64,000 nucleotides of DNA from an uncultured Candidatus Saccharibacteria bacterium (GCA_964598205.1 CAZRBB010000002.1:52459-116458); one strand, 5' to 3'; positions 28,736 to 38,833 are shown, counted from the first letter of the stretch. Translations and numbers: made by a program. The notes: a model not told the origin generated them from the sequence alone.

Positions 28736-28810
28736 GGGCGCTTAGCTCAGCTGGTTTAGAGCGACTGGTTTACACCCAGTAGGTCGGGGGTTCGATCCCC
28801 TCAGCGCCCA
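28736..28810 (+). tRNA. tRNA-Val (anticodon TAC)
   Basis: Acceptor GGGCGCT/AGCGCCC. Anticodon stem-loop ACTGG-TTTACAC-CCAGT. T-arm GGGGG-TTCGATC-CCCTC. No encoded CCA. Confidence 0.85.
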
Positions 28811-29047
28811 CAGGGTAAAATCATCTCTGAATTGTTTTTTGGTTGACAATTTATTTACTAGTTCTCTTTCCTCTTTTGTGTAAAAATTTGCCATATAATG
28901 TTCCTATTTACTGGACAAGTATATTAGATGGACATGGTACAATAAACCTACGAAAAAAAATACACACCAAAGCAAAAAACATCTATTGCCTTGGTAACAT
29001 CAAACTCCCCAAAAAATTGTCTTGTAGTAAATTGGAAATTTTATTTG

Positions 29048-29120
29048 TGCCGAGAGGCGGGATTGAACCGCCGACACCAGGATTTTCAGTCCTGTGCTCT
29101 ACCAACTGAGCTATCTCGGC
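29048..29120 (-). tRNA. tRNA-Phe (anticodon GAA)
   Basis: Reverse complement reads GCCGAGATAGCTCAGTTGGTAGAGCACAGGACTGAAAATCCTGGTGTCGGCGGTTCAATCCCGCCTCTCGGCA. Anticodon loop CTGAAAA. Convergent with the Lys/Val tRNAs. Confidence 0.85.
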
Positions 29121-29125
29121 TTTAT

Positions 29126-30361
29126 TTACATAATCACATTTTCAACATTATAACCTATATTTTTAATATTAAAAAAAACAATCTTTTTTTGTTGTCTTAG
29201 TAATTTGTTTTGAGCCTCCTTATCTAAAATTGTTTCAATTATACTTGCTAAGCATTTCTTTAATTCGTTTAAAATTATACTATTTTCTTTGTTATTAATA
29301 TTTCTAATCAAATTTTTAATTCTATTTATTTCACTGTCTGGATCATCTAAGATTTCTTTTTTAATTCGGTTATTAATTAAAAGATTTGGGAATATAATAT
29401 TTTTGTTGTTTTTCTTATTAATTCCCTTTGTTATTCTCTGGAAATTTTGATAATGCCCGTCATGTTGTTCCGGAAGATATGCTATGGGAACATTATACTC
29501 AAGTGCTTCGTAGGTTGTAGTGACTCCTGCTGGAGTAAAAATAATGATGGCTTTGTTTAATAATTTTAGCAATTCCTCATTGTTTAAAGAAGTAACTTTT
29601 AATTTACCTGACATGCCTTTAAGGCTTTCTAATAATTTTGGATTAACCGTGCATAAAATTTTTATTTTTGGAGGTAATTTGTCAATTATTTCTCCAAAGA
29701 GACTAATGATGAATTTAAAGTATTCTTTAGCTTCTTGCTCTCTATTAAGCGGTGACAAAAAGCCAGCCAGCGAAATAACAATCGTATCTCTTTTTAAGTC
29801 CTTTTTGTGAGAACTATCAACTATTGGTTTTATTGTGATTGGTTTAATATTAGCTCTGTATTTATCACTTTTATTTTTTTTGCCTCCATCAAAAAAAGTT
29901 TGTACTAAAGATTTGTCTGATAGAAAATGTCCAACATATTGTTGATGATGCGGTTCTAGGTTGTTTAAAAGTAACGACGCTTTTCGATAATTATTAATAT
30001 ATTCTAATTCCTTGATTAAATTTTTAACATTGAGCAAATAATCTTCTTTCCAATTCCAGTACCAATACAAGCTATCAACATAAATACTTTCTATTTTATT
30101 AATGAATCCCCATAACGCGAATTGGGGATCCATTACGCTGATTACTTTTTGATATTTTTGGGGATCTAGGGTATGTAATTCTTCTAAATTATAAATATTA
30201 TCAAAAACATTGTTGCTTTTTGCATAAGTTAGAGCAACATCTTCTCCAATAAAATTAAACTTGGCATCTTTATTTATTTTTTTATATTTTTTTACAATGT
30301 TTACAAGCTTTGAGCACGGTCCATAACCGAATGCTTGAGCGGAGGTTAATATGTTTATCAT
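29126..30361 (-). CDS. hypothetical protein, possibly GT-B fold glycosyltransferase-like
   Basis: Very AT-rich with N/K/I-rich composition. The C-terminal region IIFTPAGVTTTYEALEYNVPIAYLPEQHDGHYQNFQRI resembles the UDP-sugar-binding half of GT-B glycosyltransferases. This is a weak, by-eye call. Confidence 0.3.
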   Translation of the reverse strand: MINILTSAQAFGYGPCSKLVNIVKKYKKINKDAKFNFIGEDVALTYAKSNNVFDNIYNLEELHTLDPQKYQKVISVMDPQFALWGFINKIESIYVDSLYWYWNWKEDYLLNVKNLIKELEYINNYRKASLLLNNLEPHHQQYVGHFLSDKSLVQTFFDGGKKNKSDKYRANIKPITIKPIVDSSHKKDLKRDTIVISLAGFLSPLNREQEAKEYFKFIISLFGEIIDKLPPKIKILCTVNPKLLESLKGMSGKLKVTSLNNEELLKLLNKAIIIFTPAGVTTTYEALEYNVPIAYLPEQHDGHYQNFQRITKGINKKNNKNIIFPNLLINNRIKKEILDDPDSEINRIKNLIRNINNKENSIILNELKKCLASIIETILDKEAQNKLLRQQKKIVFFNIKNIGYNVENVIM

Positions 30362-30365
30362 AGCT

Positions 30366-31619
30366 TCAGTTTAATTCACTGGAAGCTATCATTTTTCCAC
30401 ATCTTGAACAAGAAAAATTCCAACCATCTTTCATATACATTTCAATATTACAGGCTTCGCAAGTGGGAATTTTTAAATTTTCTTTATTGTCCAACTCTTT
30501 TTTAATCCTTTGGTTTTTTCTTACATCAATTAGCTCTCCTTCTTTCCCTGCAAAGGCATCATATAGCTGCATAACTTTTAAAGTATCCTTTAGTCCACCA
30601 ATGCTTGGCATTGTTTTTTGGCTTACATTGTCGATAAATGCTTTTACTTCATGATAATAACCGAGCAAGAATAGTCCTTTATTGTATATCTGACCAAGTG
30701 AAAATTCAGGCATAAAATAACTTGCTCCATTTTTATTTTTCGGGATAAAGCTTGGAGTTGTGCCGTACGGTATTCTTTTTGTTGGCGGGTAATATTTTAT
30801 TTCAATGTTATTATACAGTATGATGTTTGCATTCTCTCCGACAATCTCAAGCGTTTCTAAGGGGCACATTTCTGAGGCACCAGGACAAAGATGAATTGAC
30901 CCAACAAAACCCTTCTTTTCATGAAGCAATGTTACTATTGAACTCCCTTTGTTAGTTCGCCTATAACTCAGTTCATCAGGACAACCCAATAAACCAATAA
31001 CCGTTGAAGAAACATGCACAAAATCATCTAAAAATCTTCGTCCACTTGAACTTTTAATATCTCTTATGTCTTTTGGAAGGTCTACCGGATATCTCAGGGT
31101 ATATGAAGTTATATTGCCAAATTCCTCAGAATTAATTATTTCTTTAACCTTGGTAACTGTTGGCATAAACATTTTTTTAAAGCCAACCTGAGCGAAGCTT
31201 TTTCCTTTTTGTTCTGATTTTTGTAATTCTTCAACTTCAACCGCATTTTTTGTTGGTGGTTTTTCAAACCAGACTGGAATCCCCTTTTCTAGAATATATT
31301 TTATAATCGGTAGATATTTGGGGTTCCCTTCCGGGCTGTATCCCACAACAACAAATATTGCATCGAGCTCTTCTCTTTCGATCATTTCTTTATAGTCAGT
31401 GTAGACCTTCTCTCCTCCAAATTGTCTGCTATAAAGCTTTGCTTTTTCTTTATTAAGGTCACACACGGCTACTAATTCAACAGGTAGAAATTTAAATGTT
31501 GGAAAAATATTCCTAAATGAATGACTCCCACATCCAATGAATGCAATTCTAACTGGATAATTTTTGTCTTTTCTGATTAGCTCCCCTTCTATTCCTAGGT
31601 AATATTTACTTTTTTGCAT
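30366..31619 (-). CDS. Gfo/Idh/MocA-family NAD(P)-dependent oxidoreductase with C-terminal zinc-ribbon
   Basis: N-terminal Rossmann region IAFIGCGSHSFRN and EKPPT consensus (GIPVWFEKPPT). C-terminal CEACNIEMYMKDGWNFSCSRCGKM has two CxxC pairs. Confidence 0.6.
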   Translation of the reverse strand: MQKSKYYLGIEGELIRKDKNYPVRIAFIGCGSHSFRNIFPTFKFLPVELVAVCDLNKEKAKLYSRQFGGEKVYTDYKEMIEREELDAIFVVVGYSPEGNPKYLPIIKYILEKGIPVWFEKPPTKNAVEVEELQKSEQKGKSFAQVGFKKMFMPTVTKVKEIINSEEFGNITSYTLRYPVDLPKDIRDIKSSSGRRFLDDFVHVSSTVIGLLGCPDELSYRRTNKGSSIVTLLHEKKGFVGSIHLCPGASEMCPLETLEIVGENANIILYNNIEIKYYPPTKRIPYGTTPSFIPKNKNGASYFMPEFSLGQIYNKGLFLLGYYHEVKAFIDNVSQKTMPSIGGLKDTLKVMQLYDAFAGKEGELIDVRKNQRIKKELDNKENLKIPTCEACNIEMYMKDGWNFSCSRCGKMIASSELN

Positions 31620-31639
31620 AATGTTAGATTGATTATTTT

Positions 31640-33079
31640 CTAGATATCAAGAGTTGTATAAGGTATTTCATCTTTGTTTAATTTTGCTAATACTTCGTAT
31701 ATTTTTGAAAGTAATTTATTTGTTAAGTCGTGGTATTGAAGTTCACAATTATCTGGTTTTTCCTTAATAAAGTTTAGTATTATTCTATCTTTTCCTTTTT
31801 CATTATGCCCCATGTAATATTTATCTTTTTTATATTTTTTAAACATAGAAATACCGTATCGAAATTTTTCTAGAGTCTTCCCTCCAATTAATCCGGTATT
31901 TCTGAAAAAGAAAACATCAAAGTGATGTTCATGTCCCAAGCCTTTCACAGTATCTTGCTCAGCTTCTTTGTTTAAAGCTTCGTATGATTGATATGTATGA
32001 ATTTGAACATTTAATAAATTAGAAACTTGGATATTTTGTCTTTCGTGTCTTAATCTGCCATTTTTTTTGTATGGATCTTCTGGCATATCGGACCAGGCTC
32101 TCCTGGAAAAAGAGTTTTGTTGTAATGTTATTGTTGAAGTTGTAATAACTTTATCATCTCTTAGGAATTGAGCCATAATGAAAACATCTAATTCTCCATA
32201 ATCTTTGTAATTTTGGGGGGTATAACTATCAAAAAACTTTTCAATTCTTTCGTTCTGATTAAAAAGCTTCTTGTAATCATTATTATTAATCTGAAATAGG
32301 AAATCGTTAGGAGAAAATTTATTGGCATATAGTCTTATCTTGTTAGGTTTCTTCGCCTTTATTTGATCATTAATACCCACTATCCAGTTTAAAAGGTCTA
32401 TGGAGTGATAGCCTGAGTGCATCAATTTGCCATAACCGTATTTATATGGATGATTTTCTTTGTCAAATTCATTTGGTAGGGTCCAGGTTCCATCTGCAAA
32501 ATAGCTGTCAATATATGAAATCGGTATGCCATATTTTTTTACGAAGTCATTTAAATATTCCCAAACATGTATATATCCATCGTGACCCTTTCTTTGAACT
32601 ACTACATAGCATTTACTTTTTGAATTTTTAAGCCAACTCATTACATCCAGATAATCTTTATATACTTGTCTTGCCGCTTTAATATCCACACCTGCTCCAA
32701 CCGGCGATGTTAATGGCTTGTCTACCAAAACAGAAATATTATTTTCAAATGCCCATTTTAGATAAATTTTATGAGCTTTTGGTTCCGTAGCTATAATCAC
32801 TCCATTAATTTTTTCTTTTTTTATTAAATTATCAAGATATTTTTTAGCTTTATCATCAAGTTTTTTCCCCAACCTATTATTTTGATCAGGTTCTAAATAC
32901 AAAATTTTATCTGGCTTCAGCTCTTTATCTTTAAGATATTTGTTTATTATTTTTTGTTGATCCTTGAGATCTATTAAAAGCGGGATGTTAATATTGTATT
33001 TTTTTCTATACTTTTCTAGATAAGGATAGTAGATTTTTCTAGAATGTGGTCCTAATCCGATAAAAATATAATTCCTCAT
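31640..33079 (-). CDS. Gfo/Idh/MocA-like oxidoreductase-domain protein with long uncharacterized C-terminal region
   Basis: IFIGLGPHSRKIYYPYL and VIIATEPKAHKIYLKWAFENNISVLVDKPLT match the Gfo/Idh/MocA N-terminal NAD-binding pattern. 479 aa. Confidence 0.5.
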   Translation of the reverse strand: MRNYIFIGLGPHSRKIYYPYLEKYRKKYNINIPLLIDLKDQQKIINKYLKDKELKPDKILYLEPDQNNRLGKKLDDKAKKYLDNLIKKEKINGVIIATEPKAHKIYLKWAFENNISVLVDKPLTSPVGAGVDIKAARQVYKDYLDVMSWLKNSKSKCYVVVQRKGHDGYIHVWEYLNDFVKKYGIPISYIDSYFADGTWTLPNEFDKENHPYKYGYGKLMHSGYHSIDLLNWIVGINDQIKAKKPNKIRLYANKFSPNDFLFQINNNDYKKLFNQNERIEKFFDSYTPQNYKDYGELDVFIMAQFLRDDKVITTSTITLQQNSFSRRAWSDMPEDPYKKNGRLRHERQNIQVSNLLNVQIHTYQSYEALNKEAEQDTVKGLGHEHHFDVFFFRNTGLIGGKTLEKFRYGISMFKKYKKDKYYMGHNEKGKDRIILNFIKEKPDNCELQYHDLTNKLLSKIYEVLAKLNKDEIPYTTLDI

Positions 33080-33111
33080 TCTTTTAAGAAGATCTTATAA
33101 ATGTTAGACAT

Positions 33112-35151
33112 TTAATCCCTTATTTTTGCGTTAAATTTTTTATTTAGAGAATTAATAATATCTTTACTTTTTTTATCGATCTCTTTATCCTCAAGTGTTT
33201 TTTCCTTGGACTGCATTACTAAATTAAAAGTAATACTTTTTTTGTTCTTACCAATGTTTTTTCCTTTATAAACATCAAAAAGCTTGCAACTCACAAACAA
33301 CTCTCCTATTATATTTTTGATTTCTTCTTCGATTTCTTGCCATTTTTGATTCACATCAACAAAGAAAGCAAAATCTCTATTAACTGCTGGGTATTTAGGA
33401 ATTGGAGTGTATGAGACAACTATTTCTTTATATGCTTCGAATAGTTTATCAATATTGACTTCTAGTATGGCCAAATGCTTTTTAAGACTAAGATCTTTCT
33501 TGATCTTTTCATTAATTATTCCAATTAATCCTATTCTTTCATTTTTATATAAGATTTCTCCATTACATTCACTGCTATATTGGGGAAACTTACTTTCTAA
33601 ATATTGTAATCTATTGTTATTTAGATTTAATTTTTTTGCTATGTATTCCCATATCCCTTTTAATTCATAAAAAGCCTCCTTTTCACTTCCACCGTTAACG
33701 GCAATAGCGAGATTGCTTTGTTCAATTGGTAAGGATTTATTGTCTTGTTCTAAATATACCTTATTTAATTCAAAAATTTTTAATTTTTCTTTATACATTT
33801 CATTGCCTTCAACCACTTCCAACAATGATGATGTTAATTCCTTCCTCATATATTCAAAGTTATCATTAAGAGGATTAATCAGCTTGATTGTTTCATTTGA
33901 ATTAATATTAACTAAATCCAATTGCCTTTTGGATATCATTGAGTATGAAAATGCTTCAATATAACCTTGATTTGCTAAATAATCTTTTATATTATCCTCA
34001 AAATTAATTCTGGGGTCTGTTTTATAAATAGGGATCTCGCCTTTCGGTAATTCGCTTGGAATTTGATCATATCCGTAAATTCTGGCAATCTCTTCAACAA
34101 GATCATAATCTTCCATAACATCTTCGGTTCTAAAATAAGGCACTGTCACAAGTTGACTTTCCCCAACTTCTTCACACTTAAATCCTAGTTTTGTAAGAAT
34201 TCCTAAAATTTCTTTTTTCTCAATCTCTATTCCTAAAATATCATTAACAATTCGAGGATTGAAATTAATTTTATTTAGCTTTAATTTTTTCTTATTACCC
34301 TCATCAACAATTTCTGAAGCGACCTCCCCTTCGGCGTGCCTTAAGGCTAGGCCTATTAATCTTATAATAACTGCATTAGTAAGATTTGGGTTTAAGTTCC
34401 TCTCGAATAATTTAGAGGCTTCAGTTTTTAAGTTTATTCTTCTGGAAGTTTTTCGAATTGCAACGGGATCAAAATTAGCTGATTCAAAAACTATGTTTTT
34501 TGTATTATAATCAACTTCCGCTTTATTTCCTCCTTTTATTCCAGCTAATCCTATAACTCCATTGTTGTCGGCTATCACTAAATCGTTTTGTTTTAGCTTG
34601 TATTCTTTATTATCCAGAGAGGTAAATTTTTCTCCATCATTAGCATTTCTAATGATTATTTTTTTGTCAGCTATTTTATCATAGTCAAAGACATGTGTTG
34701 GTTGCCCATATTCTAAAAGTACATAATTAGTAATATCGACAACATTATTTACTGATTTTAAACCGCTTGCCTCTAATCTGTCTTTTAACCATTTTGGAGA
34801 TTCTTTGATTTTTACATTCTTTATGACAATTGATTGATATCTTCGACAAATCTCTTTATTTAATATTTCAACTTTAATTTTTTCTTTATTATTATAAATT
34901 ACTTTTTCTAGCTTTGGTTCTTTTAGTTGCGTATTTAAAATTACGCTCGCCTCTCTTGCGAGTCCTATAACCGAAGCCATATCGGATCGATTAGTGGTAA
35001 TTTCCACATCAAGAACATAATCGTCATCTTTAAATAAATACCACTTTTCAATTGAAGGACCTTTTAGTGATAGTTTTTGGGCAAAATCTTTAACACTCAA
35101 TTTCGTGTCAACATATTCCTTAATCCAGTTATAGGATATTAATAAATTCAT
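33112..35151 (-). CDS. pheT: phenylalanine--tRNA ligase beta subunit
   Basis: B3/4 domain region (GLAGIKGG), B5 domain and class II-like C-terminal domain. 679 aa. Immediately downstream of pheS. Confidence 0.85.
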   Translation of the reverse strand: MNLLISYNWIKEYVDTKLSVKDFAQKLSLKGPSIEKWYLFKDDDYVLDVEITTNRSDMASVIGLAREASVILNTQLKEPKLEKVIYNNKEKIKVEILNKEICRRYQSIVIKNVKIKESPKWLKDRLEASGLKSVNNVVDITNYVLLEYGQPTHVFDYDKIADKKIIIRNANDGEKFTSLDNKEYKLKQNDLVIADNNGVIGLAGIKGGNKAEVDYNTKNIVFESANFDPVAIRKTSRRINLKTEASKLFERNLNPNLTNAVIIRLIGLALRHAEGEVASEIVDEGNKKKLKLNKINFNPRIVNDILGIEIEKKEILGILTKLGFKCEEVGESQLVTVPYFRTEDVMEDYDLVEEIARIYGYDQIPSELPKGEIPIYKTDPRINFEDNIKDYLANQGYIEAFSYSMISKRQLDLVNINSNETIKLINPLNDNFEYMRKELTSSLLEVVEGNEMYKEKLKIFELNKVYLEQDNKSLPIEQSNLAIAVNGGSEKEAFYELKGIWEYIAKKLNLNNNRLQYLESKFPQYSSECNGEILYKNERIGLIGIINEKIKKDLSLKKHLAILEVNIDKLFEAYKEIVVSYTPIPKYPAVNRDFAFFVDVNQKWQEIEEEIKNIIGELFVSCKLFDVYKGKNIGKNKKSITFNLVMQSKEKTLEDKEIDKKSKDIINSLNKKFNAKIRD

Positions 35152-35160
35152 ATTTATTTT

Positions 35161-36204
35161 TTAAAATTGTTCTAAAAATCTAATGTCGTTTTGATAGAGA
35201 ATTCTAATATCTTTTATATTGATACCTTTTTGCATAATTTTATTTCGCTCTACTCCCCAACCAAAGGCAAAACCTCTATATTTTTTAGGATCTACCCCTC
35301 CACTAATTAAAACATTTGGATGAACCATTCCGGCTCCTCCTATTTCCAACCACCCTTCTTTACACAATTTACAACCCTTTTTATCACAAACACCACAAGA
35401 CACATCCACCTCAAAGCTTGGTTCTGTAAATCTAAAATCATAAGGCCTTATTCGAAATTCTCTATTAGGTCCAAAAAATTCTTTTACAAAATAATCAATG
35501 ACCCCTTTTAAATGTTTTATGTTAATGTGCTTGTCGATAACTAAACCTTCGAATTGATGATGAATTAAAGTATGGGAAACATCCAATTGTCTTCTTGGAC
35601 ATTTTGAAATATTTATCATTCTAATCGGCATCCTCCTGCTTTCCATTTCTCGAACTTGTCCAGATGATGTATGAGGAGTAAGAATTCTTTTGCCGTATTT
35701 TTTGTGGACATCTTTTTCATCAATAAAAAAAGTCTCCCATTCATCTCTAGCGGGGTGTTCGTCGGGAAAGTTAAGCGCCCCGAAAGCATACCAATCCCAT
35801 TCAACCTCAGGATATCGCACTCTATAGAATCCAATCCTTTCAAATATTTTTGTTATTTCTCTGATTGCTTGAGTTGTTAAATGTAAATGTCCTTTTTCAA
35901 TTTCTACTCCCGGTGCGGTAATATCTATGTTTTCAATGCTAGATCTTTTATTTTTCTCTAATGAGTCAATCTTTTTTTCAAGTTGTTGTTTGATTTCATT
36001 AAATTTAATACCAACTTCCCTTTTTTCATCAGCTTTTAAATCTTTTATAGATTTTAAAATATTGGTAAATTTTGACTTTCTGCCCAAGTATTTAAATTTA
36101 AAATTGTCAATTTCTTCATCTTTTTTGATTTTCAAATAGTTCTCTTCTGCTTCTTTTTTTATTTTTATTAAATCTTTTATAGTTTTAGATTTTAAATTTG
36201 ACAT
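35161..36204 (-). CDS. pheS: phenylalanine--tRNA ligase alpha subunit
   Basis: Class II motifs: FPDEHPARDEWETFFID, motif 2 region RIRPYDFRFTEPSFEVDV, motif 3 GFAFGWGVER. 347 aa. Confidence 0.9.
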   Translation of the reverse strand: MSNLKSKTIKDLIKIKKEAEENYLKIKKDEEIDNFKFKYLGRKSKFTNILKSIKDLKADEKREVGIKFNEIKQQLEKKIDSLEKNKRSSIENIDITAPGVEIEKGHLHLTTQAIREITKIFERIGFYRVRYPEVEWDWYAFGALNFPDEHPARDEWETFFIDEKDVHKKYGKRILTPHTSSGQVREMESRRMPIRMINISKCPRRQLDVSHTLIHHQFEGLVIDKHINIKHLKGVIDYFVKEFFGPNREFRIRPYDFRFTEPSFEVDVSCGVCDKKGCKLCKEGWLEIGGAGMVHPNVLISGGVDPKKYRGFAFGWGVERNKIMQKGINIKDIRILYQNDIRFLEQF

Positions 36205-36216
36205 AAATAATAGTAA

Positions 36217-37074
36217 TTATTCAATTTTAGAGATGATTTTTTTTATATTATCCAATGATTTTTGACCAGAATCTTGATCTTTGGGCGTATGCATCTCAAG
36301 TGTCATGGGCATATTAATATCTTTTTTAAACAATTTTGTAAATATTTTACCATAAGGAACATCACCTTCGCCAATTACTACATGCTTTTCTTTTTCATAA
36401 CAATAATCTTTCAGGTGAATATAATCTGTAAAATCAATTATTTTACTTACTTCTTTGTAATTTATGTTTTTTTGAACGGCATAAAAACTTCCAATATCAA
36501 ACAAAAAATTAATTTTAAGTTCTTTTATTAGTTTAATATTTTTAAATATTGATTTTTTATCTGACACTATGCATGAATTTTCATTTTCTAAATATATCTC
36601 TATCCCATTTTTTTTACATACAGAAATAAACAAATTATATAAGTCTCTTTCCTGATCATAAAACAGCAAATCACTATCTTTTGATCTTATCAGAGAAAAA
36701 ATTCTGATTTTATTCGAATTAAAAATTTTTAAAATTCTTATTGACTTGTTAATGAAAAGTTCCTTTTCTTTGGGTGCTAAATCTGATTTAAAGTGGTGAA
36801 GATCAAACTTTCGAATACTTCCTTTATTACTTGTTAAAGGATGCCATTTAAATAATGGCGACGCCAGCATATTCATCTGGATATTATTTTTAAATAAAGC
36901 TTTACTTAGCTTAATTAACTCACTCTCTTGCATGTTCAAAATATTTACTTTGTTTATAGATCTTAGGTCAATTTGTTTAATATTATTTCTTTTAAGAAAT
37001 TGAATACATGTATTAATATTTGGAGAAATCTCATCATTTATAATCGCTATTTTAAAATTTGTATCACTTTTCAT
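36217..37074 (-). CDS. xylose isomerase-like TIM-barrel (sugar phosphate isomerase/epimerase-like) protein
   Basis: Paralogous to the adjacent gene. Shared blocks K(I/S)(A/I)IINDEIS, LRSINK/LRTINK and ASPLFKWH. The family assignment is by eye and weak. Confidence 0.4.
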   Translation of the reverse strand: MKSDTNFKIAIINDEISPNINTCIQFLKRNNIKQIDLRSINKVNILNMQESELIKLSKALFKNNIQMNMLASPLFKWHPLTSNKGSIRKFDLHHFKSDLAPKEKELFINKSIRILKIFNSNKIRIFSLIRSKDSDLLFYDQERDLYNLFISVCKKNGIEIYLENENSCIVSDKKSIFKNIKLIKELKINFLFDIGSFYAVQKNINYKEVSKIIDFTDYIHLKDYCYEKEKHVVIGEGDVPYGKIFTKLFKKDINMPMTLEMHTPKDQDSGQKSLDNIKKIISKIE

Positions 37075-37927
37075 GCTTTATAATTAATTTGCTTAGGTAA
37101 GCCAAGCTTTTATCAACAATGTTAATATCTTGATCATAATTTTCTGGTTCAAGTGAAATAAAGATTGGTTTTACAGCATATTTAAAGAATGTCTTAAAAA
37201 ACTTGACGTAATTGATGTCGCCTTGTCCCAAGATGTCAACTTTATTTTTCTTAAATGAAAAGTCTTTTAAATGTAAGTATTCGATATTTGGTATTATTTT
37301 TTTATAATCTTTTTCTTCTATTGGGTCTTTAATTATGTATGTGTTAGCTGGATCGAGTAATAATTTAATTGGGGTATTTTTAAATATTTTTTGAAAATTT
37401 GTTATTTGCGAAGACGAATGAAAGTTTACATTATAGCCATTTTCAACAATTATTTTAATCTTGCTGTTTTGTGTCAATTCAAACAGATAATTAAATAATC
37501 CTTTTTCAACTTTCCAAAATTTATCAACTATTTGATCTTCTCTATAAACTGAAAAAATCCTAATATAGGGTGCACTAAATATATCTACTACTTCAATCGC
37601 TTTTTTAATAAATTGTTTCTTTTCTAGGTATGTTAATCGTTCCGGAAAGGAAAAGGAATAGGTTTTACATTCTTTTTCATCATTCGTAAAATTTTTCTTA
37701 TGCCATTTAAATAATGGCGAAGCTATACAAGAAACCTTTATATGATTTTTATCTAATTTTTTTTTGATTCCTAATAATTCTTTTTTGTCTATCATTAATA
37801 AATTTGTTTTATTTATAGTTCTTAATTCTAAAAATTTTATTCCCTTTTTCAAGCAGTATTTAATTGCTTGAGATATATGATGGCTAATTTCGTCGTTTAT
37901 TATTGATATTTTATGATAATTTTTCAC
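37064..37927 (-). CDS. xylose isomerase-like TIM-barrel protein (tandem paralog)
   Basis: Clear paralog of 36217..37074 with the same conserved blocks. The two genes overlap by 11 nt. Confidence 0.4.
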   Translation of the reverse strand: MKNYHKISIINDEISHHISQAIKYCLKKGIKFLELRTINKTNLLMIDKKELLGIKKKLDKNHIKVSCIASPLFKWHKKNFTNDEKECKTYSFSFPERLTYLEKKQFIKKAIEVVDIFSAPYIRIFSVYREDQIVDKFWKVEKGLFNYLFELTQNSKIKIIVENGYNVNFHSSSQITNFQKIFKNTPIKLLLDPANTYIIKDPIEEKDYKKIIPNIEYLHLKDFSFKKNKVDILGQGDINYVKFFKTFFKYAVKPIFISLEPENYDQDINIVDKSLAYLSKLIIKHEK

Positions 37928-38014
37928 CTTAATGTCTTAATTTTTATAAAAATATTTTTATGCTTTAATATAAACAAGATAAAGAAATTATGACAATTGA
38001 ATTAATTTTGTATT

Positions 38015-38704
38015 ATGAAAAAGATACTGATAACTGGGGCAGATAAAGGGATTGGTTTTGCAACATTGAAAATGTTTAAAGAATCTGGTTATCAAATATT
38101 TGCTCTGGATAAAGAATTTAGCAATCTAAAGAAACAAAATAATGTCCAGCTTATTGTCTTTGATCTAGCAAATACTGACATGATTAAAGAATTGAAAAAT
38201 AAGATTGGCGAAATAGATATTTTAATTAATAACGCCGGAATATTAAACACTTGCGCTTATGACAATTATCCAGAAGAAGATAAAAGGAGAATAATAAAAA
38301 TTAATTTAGAAGCTCCTATTGAATTAATAAATACTTTCTCTAAGGATATGATCAAAAACAACTCGGGTCGAATTATTAGCGTTTCTTCATTAAACGGAAA
38401 AATCGGGCATACAGATATTTGGTATGGCATCTCCAAGGCGGGAATTATTAATTTTACAAAAAGTTATGCAAAAATTTTAGGAGGTAAGGGAATTTTGGTA
38501 AACTGTGTAGCTCCTGGACCGGTGGATACTGATATGCTTAAAATTGCGCCTCTAGAAAGAGTTGAGACTTTCAAAAATATGTCTATTGAAAAACGAGTTG
38601 CGACCTCCGATGAAATTGCTAAAGTTATTTTTTGGCTTGCAACTGAATGTCCTACTTATATCAATGGGGTTTGCGTTGACATAAATAATGGGATTAGATT
38701 ATGA
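38015..38704 (+). CDS. short-chain dehydrogenase/reductase (SDR) family oxidoreductase
   Basis: TGADKGIG cofactor-binding motif, NNAG, catalytic YGISKAG (YxxxK), and PGPVDTDM. 229 aa. Confidence 0.85.
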   Translation: MKKILITGADKGIGFATLKMFKESGYQIFALDKEFSNLKKQNNVQLIVFDLANTDMIKELKNKIGEIDILINNAGILNTCAYDNYPEEDKRRIIKINLEAPIELINTFSKDMIKNNSGRIISVSSLNGKIGHTDIWYGISKAGIINFTKSYAKILGGKGILVNCVAPGPVDTDMLKIAPLERVETFKNMSIEKRVATSDEIAKVIFWLATECPTYINGVCVDINNGIRL

Positions 38705-38833
38705 GATTTTAAGTTTTGTTTTTAAAATTTCTAGTAAATCTTGTTTTGTTGCTTAAATCTCTTTACAATTAGAAATGATCTTTTCTGTTAAATTATACTC
38801 AAATTATTTTATAATTTTTTTCTCTTTTTATTT

